A stretch of 42,082 bases of DNA, from the NCBI GenBank assembly GCA_945860455.1, contig CAMAQX010000001.1:1-42082 (forward strand). Direction: 5' to 3'. Position numbers and translations under genes: made by a program. Numbering within the stretch: position 1 is the stretch's first letter; each line of letters starts with the position of its first letter. Below are positions 9,076-19,039 of the stretch, piece after piece. This DNA comes from Lishizhenia tianjinensis. Its GTDB lineage: Bacteria; Bacteroidota; Bacteroidia; Flavobacteriales_D; Crocinitomicaceae. The notes below the pieces were generated by a model. The model ran no database searches, was not told where the DNA came from, and saw nothing but the letters and a program-made list of their open reading frames with translations.

Positions 9076-9891
9076 ATGTCTAATTTGGTAACAAGGACTG
9101 TCACTGGTTTTTTCTTCGCTTTAGTCGTAATTGGGTCTATTTTATTAGGAGATATTTTTCAGTCAGTAGTTTTTGGAGGATTTCTTTTGCTTGGATTATT
9201 GGAATATGCCCGGTTGTTTAAACGCACAGCATATAAGCAAATCCCTTCTTTAACTGCAATTTTCGGAATTTCAATTTATTCTATTATTGTACTTTCAAAC
9301 AAAGGCTTACTCGAATCTTCGATTTTTTATTATTTCATTTATGCTCTACTTTTTCTTTATTTCCTAATTGAATTATGGAGAAAACAAGAACAACCAATTG
9401 CCAGCATAGGAATTTTTGTTTTTGGACTCATTTATTTGATTATTCCTTTTGTTTTAATGAATCAATTAATGGTTGAGGACACAAATCAATTCCCTTTGCT
9501 GATTGGAATGATTCTACTAATTTGGTCTAATGATACATTCGCTTATTTAACCGGTCGTAAACTAGGTAAAACCCCGCTTTTTGAACGAATTTCACCGAAA
9601 AAGACTTGGGAGGGAACAATCGGAGGAATTTGCTTTACCTTGTTAACCGGTGTTCTAATTTATTACTTTTCAGCAACATATAGCTTATTATTTTGGATAA
9701 TTGCTGCATGTATAGTTGCTCCAACAGCAATCTATGGAGATTTATTAGAATCGCTTTTCAAGCGAAGTTTAGACATTAAAGATTCGGGTAATATTCTTCC
9801 TGGGCATGGAGGAATTCTCGATCGTTTTGATGCAGTGTTGTTTACAGTTCCTTTTTTTTATCTTTGGTATTTAATTTTTAACGATTTGTAA
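9076..9891 (+). CDS. cdsA: Phosphatidate cytidylyltransferase (CDP-diglyceride synthase)
   Basis: 271 aa polytopic membrane protein. 'SPKKTWEGTIGG' and the CDS signature 'SLFKRSLDIKDSGNILPGHGGILDRFD' are present. Confidence 0.92.
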   Translation: MSNLVTRTVTGFFFALVVIGSILLGDIFQSVVFGGFLLLGLLEYARLFKRTAYKQIPSLTAIFGISIYSIIVLSNKGLLESSIFYYFIYALLFLYFLIELWRKQEQPIASIGIFVFGLIYLIIPFVLMNQLMVEDTNQFPLLIGMILLIWSNDTFAYLTGRKLGKTPLFERISPKKTWEGTIGGICFTLLTGVLIYYFSATYSLLFWIIAACIVAPTAIYGDLLESLFKRSLDIKDSGNILPGHGGILDRFDAVLFTVPFFYLWYLIFNDL

Positions 9892-9904
9892 AACCCGTAT
9901 CGAA

Positions 9905-10567
9905 ATGAAAATTCACAAAGAAGGATTTGGAATCATATTTATGGCTGCCGTTATTTGTTCTATCATTGAAACTCTAGTTTTGTTTTTCGGGTTGAATTCA
10001 TGGACCAATCTTTCATTATTTACCTTAAGTTTAATTCCACTAGGCATCTTCATATTGGTAGTTCAATTCTTTCGATTACCATCAAGAAAAAACAACTATG
10101 AAGATGGAATTGTCCTTTGTCCAGCGGATGGAAAAGTTGTGGTTATTGAGGAAGTTGAAGAAACAGAATATTTTAATGATCGCCGCGTACAAATTTCTAT
10201 TTTCATGTCCCCTTTAAATGTTCATGCTAATTTTAATCCCGTTTCTGGTGTTATTCAATATGCCAAATATCACCCAGGAAAATTTTTAGTTGCTTGGCAT
10301 CCAAAAAGCAGCACAGATAATGAACGAACGACCTTCGTAACAAAAACAGCTAGTGGTAAAGAAGTTTTGTTTCGACAAATTGCGGGTGCATTAGCCAGAC
10401 GAATCTGTTATTACGTAAAATCTGGTCAAAATGTAGAAGGTGGTCAAGAATTCGGGTTTATAAAATTTGGATCAAGAATTGACCTTTTTTTACCGCTTGA
10501 CGCGAATATCAGCGTTCAACTAAATCAAAAAGTAAAAGGTCAGCTTACAAAAATTGCTGATTTATAA
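9905..10567 (+). CDS. psd: Phosphatidylserine decarboxylase proenzyme (short Bacteroidota type)
   Basis: 220 aa with N-terminal TM helices. 'FMSPLNVH' and the C-terminal 'FGSRIDLFLP' (Gly-Ser self-cleavage region) are present. It follows cdsA, as is typical. Confidence 0.82.
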   Translation: MKIHKEGFGIIFMAAVICSIIETLVLFFGLNSWTNLSLFTLSLIPLGIFILVVQFFRLPSRKNNYEDGIVLCPADGKVVVIEEVEETEYFNDRRVQISIFMSPLNVHANFNPVSGVIQYAKYHPGKFLVAWHPKSSTDNERTTFVTKTASGKEVLFRQIAGALARRICYYVKSGQNVEGGQEFGFIKFGSRIDLFLPLDANISVQLNQKVKGQLTKIADL

Positions 10568-10612
10568 TATTTCATCAAATAAAAGTGATTTTGAAAAAAT
10601 AAAAAATCATTT

Positions 10613-10644
10613 TTTGACTTTAGAAAAATTTAAAGTTACTTTTG
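10613..10644 (+). promoter_or_regulatory. Candidate Bacteroidota sigma-A promoter for topA (-33 TTTG / -7 TACTTTTG)
   Basis: TTTG at 10613-10616, a 20-nt spacer, then TACTTTTG (TAnnTTTG) at 10637-10644. The ATG is at 10673. Confidence 0.45.
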
Positions 10645-10672
10645 CAGACTTAATTTTTAACAATCCCTGAAT

Positions 10673-12994
10673 ATGGCAAAGAATCTGGTTATCGTCGAAT
10701 CTCCTGCAAAAGCAAAAACCATTGAAGGATATTTGGGTAAAGATTTTGTGGTGAAATCAAGTTTTGGCCATGTGAGAGATTTACCAAAAAAAGGCTTATC
10801 CATCGACCTTGAAAATAACTTCCACCCCAATTATGAGGTGTCCTCGGACAAAAAGCAATTGGTCAGTGAATTAAAAAAACTGGCTACAAAAGCCGAAACG
10901 GTATGGCTAGCAACCGATGAGGACCGCGAAGGAGAAGCAATATCATGGCACTTATTTGAAGCCTTGGACCTAGAAAAAAAAGACACTAAAAGGATAACAT
11001 TTAATGAAATCACGAAAACTGCGATTTTAAAAGCAATTGAAAATCCACGAAAAATCAATAAAGAGTTAGTAGATGCACAACAAGCCAGACGCGTTTTAGA
11101 TCGTATTGTAGGATTTGAACTTTCTCCTGTTTTATGGAAAAAAGTGCGACCTAGCTTATCGGCTGGGCGTGTTCAATCTGTTGCTGTAAGATTGATCGTT
11201 GAACGTGAAAAGGAAATTGATCAACACAATTCAAAAAACTTTTTTAAAGTAGTTGGTAATTTTAAAGTTAAAAACGGTACAATAAAAGCTGAATTAGACG
11301 AGCAATTGAAAGCTCAAACCGAAGCTCAAAGCTTATTGGAAAAGTTAATATCAGCCAAATTCGCCATTTCTGATATTCAACAAAAACCAGCAACAAAAAC
11401 TCCATCTGCACCTTTTACAACATCGACACTTCAACAAGAAGCCAGTTTGAAATTGGGATTTTCGGTTTTACGTACGATGTCCGTTGCTCAGCGTTTGTAT
11501 GAATCAGGTAAAATAACCTATATGCGAACAGATTCAGTCAATCTATCGGATAAAGCCCTTGAAGGAGCCAAAAATGCAATTCTTTCTATGTTTGGCGAGA
11601 ATTATTCAAGACCAACGAAATACAAAAACAAAAACGCAAATGCGCAAGAGGCTCACGAGGCGATTCGTCCAACTGACTTTACTGTTTCAACAATTGAAGC
11701 AGAACACGAAGAACAAAAATTATATGAACTAATCTGGAAAAGATCAATCTCCAGTCAGATGGCGCTAGCACAATTAGAGCGAACAACCATGAAAATCGGA
11801 AATACTAATACAAAAGATACATTTATAGCGAGAGGAGAAGTTATTCGATTCGATGGGTTTTTGAAAGTCTATATGGAATCAACGATGGATGACGAAGACG
11901 AAGATCAAAATACAGAAGGTATATTACCAGCTGTGCTCGTAGGAGAAGCAGTTGAACGAAATGAAATTAGTGCGACAGAACGATTTTCAAGACCACCAGC
12001 ACGTTACATGGAGGCTTCGTTAGTTAAAAAATTGGAAGAATTAGGTATTGGAAGACCATCTACCTATGCTCCAACCATTTCTACAATTCAAAAAAGAGGA
12101 TACGTTGAAAAATTGGAAAGAGAAGGAGTTGAAAGAAAATACGCTGTTATTACATTGTCCAATAACGAAATTGAAACAATTACTAAATCGGAAACAACGG
12201 GTAAGGATAGAAATAAACTAACCCCAACAGATATTGGTGTTGTTGTTACCGACTTTTTATGTGAGCATTTTTCACGTATTATGGACTATCAGTTCACTGC
12301 AAAAGTGGAAGAAGAATTTGATAATATCGCACAAGGATTAGAAAGCTGGACAAATATGATTCGGTCATTCTATGACCCATTCCATCAAAATGTTACGCAT
12401 ACCTTGGAAACATCTGAAAGAGCTACAGGAGAAAGAGAATTAGGCGTTGATCCAAAAACGGGGAAACGCGTATCTGCCCGAATTGGTCGCTTTGGGCCTA
12501 TGATTATGTTAGGAGGAGATGAAAAAGAAGAGGGTGAAAAACCATCCTATGCTTCGTTAAAAAAAGATCAATCCATTCAAACTATTTCGTTGGAAGAAGC
12601 GTTAGAACTTTTTAAGTTACCTAGAACGATTGGTGAACATGAAGGTGAGGTTGTAAAGGCGAATAGTGGTCGGTTCGGTCCTTATATTCAAATAGGAAAA
12701 GTTTTTGTTTCTATCCCTAAGGAAGAAGACCCTATGACCATTTCTTTTGATCGTGCTGTAGAACTCATGTTGAACAAAAAAATTGCCGACGCTTCAAAAG
12801 TTTTAAAAACATTCACTGAAAGAGACGATGTACAAATTTTGGACGGAAGATGGGGCGCCTATTTCAAAATCGGTAAAAACAACTATAAATTACCAAAGGG
12901 AACTGAAATTGAAACGATTGAATTGGAGAAATGCCTTGAAATAGCTGCAGAACAAGACAAAGCACCTAAGAAAAAACCATTTAAAAAGAAATAA
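10673..12994 (+). CDS. topA: DNA topoisomerase I (type IA)
   Basis: 773 aa. Toprim 'LVIVESPAKAKTIEGYLG' and 'TDEDREGEAISWH', active-site Tyr region 'GKITYMRTDS', repeated C-terminal 'GRFGPY/M' motifs without Cys4 zinc ribbons. Confidence 0.97.
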   Translation: MAKNLVIVESPAKAKTIEGYLGKDFVVKSSFGHVRDLPKKGLSIDLENNFHPNYEVSSDKKQLVSELKKLATKAETVWLATDEDREGEAISWHLFEALDLEKKDTKRITFNEITKTAILKAIENPRKINKELVDAQQARRVLDRIVGFELSPVLWKKVRPSLSAGRVQSVAVRLIVEREKEIDQHNSKNFFKVVGNFKVKNGTIKAELDEQLKAQTEAQSLLEKLISAKFAISDIQQKPATKTPSAPFTTSTLQQEASLKLGFSVLRTMSVAQRLYESGKITYMRTDSVNLSDKALEGAKNAILSMFGENYSRPTKYKNKNANAQEAHEAIRPTDFTVSTIEAEHEEQKLYELIWKRSISSQMALAQLERTTMKIGNTNTKDTFIARGEVIRFDGFLKVYMESTMDDEDEDQNTEGILPAVLVGEAVERNEISATERFSRPPARYMEASLVKKLEELGIGRPSTYAPTISTIQKRGYVEKLEREGVERKYAVITLSNNEIETITKSETTGKDRNKLTPTDIGVVVTDFLCEHFSRIMDYQFTAKVEEEFDNIAQGLESWTNMIRSFYDPFHQNVTHTLETSERATGERELGVDPKTGKRVSARIGRFGPMIMLGGDEKEEGEKPSYASLKKDQSIQTISLEEALELFKLPRTIGEHEGEVVKANSGRFGPYIQIGKVFVSIPKEEDPMTISFDRAVELMLNKKIADASKVLKTFTERDDVQILDGRWGAYFKIGKNNYKLPKGTEIETIELEKCLEIAAEQDKAPKKKPFKKK

Positions 12995-12999
12995 ATTGG

Positions 13000-13965
13000 T
13001 TAATGTTCTCGGTTAAATAAGTAGTTGACCATTTCCATGATGGCTGATTTATCACTTTCAGTTTCAATAGAATCTAACAAATCTATTGCCTGCTGATAGT
13101 ATCTATCCAAATAACTTTTTGTTTCTATCTTCACCCCCAGAGTCTCGTAAATTTCTTGGGTCGCCGACACTTTTGAATTCAGGTCTAATTCACTCTTAAC
13201 TTGATTTAATTTTTCTCGTAAATCACCAACAGCGTTTTTTTCGGCAATTAAATATAAAAGTGTTTTTTTGTTTGATTTAACATCTCCACCAACCTGTTTT
13301 CCAACTTTATCAGGATTTCCATATAAGTCTAAAAGATCATCTTGAATTTGAAAAGCTATTCCTATATTAATTCCAAAATCATAGATTTTTTTTCTATTTG
13401 AAATTGAATTATTCGAAACAATAAAACCAAATTCAAGCGCACATCCCAATAAAACAGATGTTTTTAATCGAATCATTTTAATATACTCATCAACAGTAAC
13501 AAATTCACTCGTTTCGAAATCCATGTCCATTTGCTGACCCTCGCATACCTCAATAGCTGTCTTATTAAACAATGTAAGTAATTCTGGAATATGTTGGCTT
13601 TTTTGATTGGCCAAAAGTTGATATGCCTTTACCAACAATACATCCCCAGATAGTATGGCTATATTAGAATTCCATTTTTCATGAACCGTGACTTTTCCTC
13701 TACGAATTGGAGCGGCATCCATTATATCATCATGTATCAATGAAAAATTGTGAAATACCTCGATAGCTAAAGCACAATTAATGGCATCTTCTTTTTGTAC
13801 TCCCCCAAGTTCGGTTGCGAGCAATGTTAATACCGGCCGTAATCTTTTACCGCCATTACTTAAAAAATAATTTAACGGATCATATAAATTTCCTGGAGAT
13901 AACGGAAATTCAATTTTAGTTATTTCCGATTCAATCAGATGGCTTAATTTTAATAATTCACTCAT
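13000..13965 (-). CDS. Polyprenyl diphosphate synthase (trans-isoprenyl), probably short-chain (FPP/GGPP-type)
   Basis: 321 aa. First Asp-rich motif '[10 protein letters not shown]', second 'FQIQDDLLD'. An aromatic Phe sits 5 residues before the first motif, as Tyr does in E. coli IspA, whereas long-chain IspB has Ala/Thr there. The start overlaps the rfbA stop (ATGA). Confidence 0.8.
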   Translation of the reverse strand: MSELLKLSHLIESEITKIEFPLSPGNLYDPLNYFLSNGGKRLRPVLTLLATELGGVQKEDAINCALAIEVFHNFSLIHDDIMDAAPIRRGKVTVHEKWNSNIAILSGDVLLVKAYQLLANQKSQHIPELLTLFNKTAIEVCEGQQMDMDFETSEFVTVDEYIKMIRLKTSVLLGCALEFGFIVSNNSISNRKKIYDFGINIGIAFQIQDDLLDLYGNPDKVGKQVGGDVKSNKKTLLYLIAEKNAVGDLREKLNQVKSELDLNSKVSATQEIYETLGVKIETKSYLDRYYQQAIDLLDSIETESDKSAIMEMVNYLFNREH

Positions 13966-14825
13966 TTATCAAGAAGATTCAATAAATAGGAGCCGTATCC
14001 ACTTTTTACAAGCGGTTCTGCAATTTGTTTTAATTGATCTTTAGTGATGTAGCCATTTCGATATGCAACCTCTTCAATACAACCAATTTTCAATCCTTGT
14101 CGTTCTTCAATTACTTGAACAAATTGTCCTGCCTGCATTAAGGATGTAAAAGTTCCTGTATCTAACCAAGCTGTTCCTCTATCTAAAACTGCCACTTTTA
14201 ATTTCCCTTGTTTTAAATATTCCGCATTTACGTCCGTAATTTCATATTCACCACGCGCTGAAGGTTTCAAGTTTTTTGCTACTTCAATAACGGAATTATC
14301 ATAAAAATACAAACCTGGAACAGCAAAATTTGATTTTGGAATTACTGGTTTTTCTTCAATCGATATTGCGTTCATTTCAGAATCGAACTCAACCACCCCA
14401 TAGCGCTCAGGATCGCTTACATGATAGGCATAAACCACACCACCTGTTGGATCATTATTTTCTTTCAATAAAGTATCCATGCCGACACCATAAAATATAT
14501 TATCGCCCAATATAAGCGCCACTTTATCATCGCCTATAAATTCTTCCCCAATTACAAAAGCTTGGGCCAATCCATTAGGAATTTCTTGTACAGCATAAGA
14601 AAACTGACAACCAAGCTCATTACCATTACCGAGTAATTTTTCAAAATTCGGTAAGTCATGAGGAGTAGAAATTATTAATATTTCCTTAATTCCTGCACTC
14701 AATAAAATAGAGAGCGGGTAATAAATCATCGGCTTATCGTAAACAGGCATTAACTGTTTACTTACTGCAAGTGTCAACGGGTGTAAGCGTGTGCCAGATC
14801 CACCGGCTAAAATAATTCCTTTCAT
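13962..14825 (-). CDS. rfbA: Glucose-1-phosphate thymidylyltransferase
   Basis: 287 aa. '[18 protein letters not shown]' and 'LGDNIFYG' show near-canonical RmlA sequence. Confidence 0.93.
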   Translation of the reverse strand: MKGIILAGGSGTRLHPLTLAVSKQLMPVYDKPMIYYPLSILLSAGIKEILIISTPHDLPNFEKLLGNGNELGCQFSYAVQEIPNGLAQAFVIGEEFIGDDKVALILGDNIFYGVGMDTLLKENNDPTGGVVYAYHVSDPERYGVVEFDSEMNAISIEEKPVIPKSNFAVPGLYFYDNSVIEVAKNLKPSARGEYEITDVNAEYLKQGKLKVAVLDRGTAWLDTGTFTSLMQAGQFVQVIEERQGLKIGCIEEVAYRNGYITKDQLKQIAEPLVKSGYGSYLLNLLDK

Positions 14826-14842
14826 ATAATTTACTTTGAGAC

Positions 14843-14872
14843 CAAAAGTAATTCAAAAGATATTAAATCAAA
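14843..14872 (-). promoter_or_regulatory. Candidate promoter for rfbA-polyprenyl synthase (-33 TTTG / -7 TACTTTTG on minus strand)
   Basis: The reverse complement reads TTTG (14872-14869), an 18-nt spacer, then TACTTTTG (14850-14843). The ATG is at 14825. Confidence 0.4.
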
Positions 14873-14883
14873 AATAGGATTGC

Positions 14884-17532
14884 TTATTTTTTTAGATTAT
14901 CGTCTTGTTCGTCCTTATCTGTAATCAATTGAAGGGAAGACCAATCAATATCATAATCTTCGTCATAGGCATCAAAATAAGGCTCTTTGAACGACTTGGT
15001 ATTTATAAATTTATCTAGCGTTAGTAACAAAGAAGGAAGCACGACTAAGTTCGTAATCATTGCCACCAATAGTGTTACAGAAATCAATAACCCAAGTGCT
15101 TGTGTTCCACCAAACTGAGAAAATAAAAACACCGAAAATCCACAATATAAAACGATTGAAGTATAAAACATACCAAGTCCAGATTCTTTAATAGCAATAA
15201 GCACACATTCTTTTAAATTCCATTTTTGTGTCTTTAATTCCTGTCGATATTTGGCCAAGTAATGAATCGTATCATCAACTGAAATACCGAAAGCAATACT
15301 AAAAACTAATAAAGTCGATGGTTTTAAGGGAACACCGAAATAGCCCATAATTCCACCTGTTACAACCAGAGGTATTAAATTCGGGATCATTGAAATAACG
15401 ACCATTCTCCATGATCTAAATAATAAAGCCATTAATACTGCGATAGAAACAATAGCAAAAATAAGACTCGAAAATAAATTATTTACTAAATACCTAGTTC
15501 CATCAGCAGCAACGACAGAGGTACCCGTAAAAGTAATATCATAGTATTGATTGTCAATGACTTTTCTCAAGTTGGATTTAAAGTTTGGCTTAGCATAATA
15601 CGATTTCAGAAGTAATTCATTGGTATCAAGTTGTGTTTCAAGATCAGGATTTCCTTTTGAAATTAATGTCACGTATGAATTTCTTATTTCATTGTAATTC
15701 ATCATGATCGTATCGATGTAGTTCTTTTTTCCAGCAGTAATTTCTTTAAAACATTTCTCCCAATTGCCTTTGTCAGGATTCATCACGGCATCAATTTTCT
15801 TCGCCCAAACATCGCGATAACTTAATACTTCATAAGATCCTAAATCCTTGATTTGACAACGGATTCGAAGTATAGTTGAAGAAGTGTCAACCAATTCTTT
15901 CATCGACATTCCCTGATTGGAAGGATTGTTTAAATTAAATTGATCAATGTATTTTTTTATTCTTCCTTTTTCATTGTTACTGAATAAAGTAAAACTATTT
16001 GTGTCATTTCCGTAATAAGACATATTAACGAATTTGACTAAATCAACCACTGATATTGATTTAGAAAAAAGGCTGTCTTTATTAAGTAATTGTTGAACTG
16101 AATCAACTTTTTCCAAGGTGGTGTTATTGGTTGCACTGAATAATCTTCCTTTCGTTTTATAATTGATCATAATTTCGAAAGGAATTGACCCTCCAAAATT
16201 CTTCTCCAAAAACATCATATCCAATTTCAATGGATCTTTGGATGGTAAATCACTGGTTAAATTACCAGTTGTTTTTATTTTTGTAATTCCATAAAATCCG
16301 ATAATAACTAAAACCAAGCTTATAGCATACACCCAATTTCGCTTATATTGAGTAACATAAAGTACAGACCCGATAATTCCTCGAGCAAATTTTCGATCTA
16401 AATGTTTTAAATGGCGTGCTTTGGGCTGTGGAGTAAATGAACTAATGATTGGTAAAATGGTCAAAGAAAGTACGAATACCATCATTATATTAACAGAGGC
16501 AGCAATACCAAACTCCATCAATTTTTCTGAATTTGTAAATATAAACGTTCCAAAACCTAATGCTGTTGTAAAATTAGTCATGAAAGTAGCAGTTCCGATT
16601 TTTTGGATTACACGCGACAATGCTTTAATTTTATTTCCATGTTCTTTGACCTCTTGATGGAATTTAGTGAGTAAAAACACACAATTTGGAACACCTATTA
16701 CAATCATTAATGGGGGAATCAATGCCATTAGAGGAGATAATCTATATTCTAAAAACCCAATGACTCCCATTGCCCAAATCACAGCAATAGCCACCACAAT
16801 AAGAGAAATTGCAACTACTCGGAAGGATCGGAAAAACACATAGAGTAAAAGAGAAGTAACAAACATAGAAATGCCGATAAACAGGAACATTTCACCTTGA
16901 ATTCGTGAGCCAATAACTATTCTCAAATAAGGTAATCCAGCGATATGTATCTTACCCAAATGTTTCTCATAGGTTCGAGCAAGATTTTCAATTTTGTAGA
17001 CTAAGGGCCATTTCGTTTTATCCTTGATAACCTCATCATTTATTCGCACCATCATCAAGGAGACATTGGAACTTCTATTAAAAAGGAGATTATTAAATGC
17101 TGGATTACTTCGAATTTGATTTTTTATAGAATCTATTGACTTATTTTCATCATAAATTTTATCCAGTTTGAATTTTTCATTCACCGTATCATTTAACAAG
17201 CAATATAATGTTGCCTCCGATTCTCTACCCTCTACCCCATCCATTCCAAGAATAGAATCACCCAACTCCTTCCATTTCTTGAAATTGTTCTTTGTGAACA
17301 ATGAATCTGTTTGAATGGCAATAACCATAGTATTACCGTCTTCACCAAATCGTTTTTTAAAAGCTTCGTAATTTTGATTTGTTGCGCTATCCTTTGGTAA
17401 AGCAAGACCATACTTATTTTCAAGCTCTATACTAGTGAAAGCATGGTAGCCAAAAAATACGGTTAATAGCGTAATTATCCCGATTATAAAAAATCGATTT
17501 CGAAGAATATAGTTTGCAATAAATAGCCACAT
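14884..17532 (-). CDS. MMPL/RND-superfamily exporter (two 6-TM bundles, two large periplasmic loops)
   Basis: 882 aa. The architecture is TM1, a loop of about 190 aa, 5 TM, TM7, a loop of about 250 aa, then 5 TM. The sterol-sensing-like/MMPL blocks include 'GIAASVNIMMVFVLSLTILP' and 'FGISVDDTIHYL'. Substrate unknown. A TAACTTTG box on the minus strand (17568-17561) lies 28 nt upstream of the ATG. Confidence 0.8.
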   Translation of the reverse strand: MWLFIANYILRNRFFIIGIITLLTVFFGYHAFTSIELENKYGLALPKDSATNQNYEAFKKRFGEDGNTMVIAIQTDSLFTKNNFKKWKELGDSILGMDGVEGRESEATLYCLLNDTVNEKFKLDKIYDENKSIDSIKNQIRSNPAFNNLLFNRSSNVSLMMVRINDEVIKDKTKWPLVYKIENLARTYEKHLGKIHIAGLPYLRIVIGSRIQGEMFLFIGISMFVTSLLLYVFFRSFRVVAISLIVVAIAVIWAMGVIGFLEYRLSPLMALIPPLMIVIGVPNCVFLLTKFHQEVKEHGNKIKALSRVIQKIGTATFMTNFTTALGFGTFIFTNSEKLMEFGIAASVNIMMVFVLSLTILPIISSFTPQPKARHLKHLDRKFARGIIGSVLYVTQYKRNWVYAISLVLVIIGFYGITKIKTTGNLTSDLPSKDPLKLDMMFLEKNFGGSIPFEIMINYKTKGRLFSATNNTTLEKVDSVQQLLNKDSLFSKSISVVDLVKFVNMSYYGNDTNSFTLFSNNEKGRIKKYIDQFNLNNPSNQGMSMKELVDTSSTILRIRCQIKDLGSYEVLSYRDVWAKKIDAVMNPDKGNWEKCFKEITAGKKNYIDTIMMNYNEIRNSYVTLISKGNPDLETQLDTNELLLKSYYAKPNFKSNLRKVIDNQYYDITFTGTSVVAADGTRYLVNNLFSSLIFAIVSIAVLMALLFRSWRMVVISMIPNLIPLVVTGGIMGYFGVPLKPSTLLVFSIAFGISVDDTIHYLAKYRQELKTQKWNLKECVLIAIKESGLGMFYTSIVLYCGFSVFLFSQFGGTQALGLLISVTLLVAMITNLVVLPSLLLTLDKFINTKSFKEPYFDAYDEDYDIDWSSLQLITDKDEQDDNLKK

Positions 17533-17599
17533 AAAGTTACAATCGAAATAGTTTGATTTGCAAAGTTAACATAATCAAGCTTATTAAGGGTGTTTTTGG

Positions 17600-18964
17600 C
17601 TATTTAAACAAACTTTTGGATAGATTTAAAATTGTAGCAATCGCGATGTGCTGTATTTCTGATGCATTGAAATCAATTGCCTTTTTAGAAGTCGGAGTGA
17701 TAATTTGTTTGTATCCAAGCTTCAAAGCCTCTGAAATACGTTGTTCCAATTTGGTGATACTTCTTATTTCACCCGTTAAGGCAACTTCACCACACAAAAC
17801 GGTTTTATGCTCAATAGGAATGTCAATGTTGGAGCTTAATATTGCAGCCACAACGGCTAAATCTAGCGCAGGATCATCAACCCTAATTCCTCCTGCAATG
17901 TTTAGAAAAACATCTTTACTAGCGAGTCGAAAACCACATCTTTTTTCAAGAACCGCTAGAATCATATTTAATCGTTTGGTATCAAAACCATTGGCAGTTC
18001 GTTGAGGCGTCCCATAGGCAGCGGTACTAACTAATGCTTGCACTTCAATCAAAATTGGTCTATTTCCATCCATCATACAACCAATAGCAACACCGCTAAG
18101 CGATTCGTCAGAGTCGGACACAAGTACCTCAGATGGGTTCAAAATAGGCAGCAATCCTTCTTGTGTCATTTCATAAATCCCAATCTCGTTGGTGTTTCCA
18201 AACCTATTTTTTAGCGATCGTAAAATACGATACATATGATTTTGATCTCCTTCAAATTGAATTACAGTGTCAACCATATGTTCTAGTAATTTTGGACCAG
18301 CAATAGTTCCATCTTTCGTAACATGACCAATCAAAAAGACAGGTGTACCTGATTCTTTTGCAAAACGCAATAATAAAGCGGTACATTCACGAATTTGAGA
18401 AACCGAACCCGTAACACTATCAATATTAGAAGAAAATAAGGTTTGTATCGAGTCCACAATAACATAGTCAGGTTGTAAGGATTGTGCTTGTGAAATAATT
18501 GACTGAACGTTTGTTTCATTGAGTAAAAAACAATTTTCATTGGCCACTCCAATTCGTTCGGCCCGCATTTTTATTTGACTTTCACTTTCTTCCCCCGAAA
18601 CATAAAGTACTTTATATTCAGTTTGTTTAACCGCCAATTGTAACAATAAGGTAGACTTTCCGATTCCGGGCTCTCCTCCTACTAGCACTAAAGAACCTAA
18701 AACCAAGCCTCCTCCGAGCACGCGGTTTAACTCACTATCCGTAATTTGAAGTTTTTGATCACGTTCAAATAATATTTCTTGAATTCGCTTAGCAGGTGCG
18801 TTTTTAGAAAAATTGGAAAACGCAACAACATCTGATTTCTTGTTTACCTCAAGTATTTCCTCTACAAAAGTATTCCATTCAGCGCAGGAAGGGCACCTAC
18901 CAATCCATTTTACAGATTCAAATCCACAGTTCTTACAAAAATGAGTTGTACGTTGTTTTGCCAT
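17600..18964 (-). CDS. radA: DNA repair protein RadA/Sms
   Basis: 454 aa. Zinc finger 'CKNCGFESVKWIGRCPSC', Walker A 'GEPGIGKST', 'KNRFG' motif, C-terminal Lon-protease-like domain. Confidence 0.95.
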   Translation of the reverse strand: MAKQRTTHFCKNCGFESVKWIGRCPSCAEWNTFVEEILEVNKKSDVVAFSNFSKNAPAKRIQEILFERDQKLQITDSELNRVLGGGLVLGSLVLVGGEPGIGKSTLLLQLAVKQTEYKVLYVSGEESESQIKMRAERIGVANENCFLLNETNVQSIISQAQSLQPDYVIVDSIQTLFSSNIDSVTGSVSQIRECTALLLRFAKESGTPVFLIGHVTKDGTIAGPKLLEHMVDTVIQFEGDQNHMYRILRSLKNRFGNTNEIGIYEMTQEGLLPILNPSEVLVSDSDESLSGVAIGCMMDGNRPILIEVQALVSTAAYGTPQRTANGFDTKRLNMILAVLEKRCGFRLASKDVFLNIAGGIRVDDPALDLAVVAAILSSNIDIPIEHKTVLCGEVALTGEIRSITKLEQRISEALKLGYKQIITPTSKKAIDFNASEIQHIAIATILNLSKSLFK

Positions 18965-19039
18965 GTTTCAAAGTTACAAATTGTTTCAAGGTTTAAAACG
19001 ATATCACCCATTTGTTTTACTATTTTTGTCTTCTATTAA

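Noticed and set aside
7497-9104. Antisense ORFs inside ftsH (7497-7937, 8067-8330, 8760-9104)
   Set aside because: They lie entirely within a gene that has unmistakable FtsH motifs on the other strand. Their products are low-complexity (Ser/Phe/Pro-rich) with no recognisable motifs, which is typical of shadow ORFs.
10581-10615. AT-rich imperfect hairpin (AAAAGTGATTTT / AAAATCATTTTT) after psd as an intrinsic terminator
   Set aside because: The stem is almost entirely A-T, with one G-U and a single G-C pair, so it would be very unstable. It also overlaps the putative topA -33 element. The evidence is too weak to call.
17553-18005. 150-aa plus-strand ORF overlapping radA, and similar shadow ORFs elsewhere (509-718, 1241-1432, 5140-5331, 6589-7016, 10831-11058, 14330-14515, 16421-16657, 17232-17423, 18331-18552, 20013-20201, 21184-21381, 22285-22524, 24955-25137, 25346-25528, 25998-26180, 26727-26918, 29347-29529, 30011-30283, 31535-31792, 31836-32018, 32468-32680, 32694-32951, 32987-33190, 33578-33799, 38767-38979, 39978-40178, 41750-41947)
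   Set aside because: Each is nested in, or antisense to, a much longer ORF with clear family signatures. They have no independent start context or conserved motifs.
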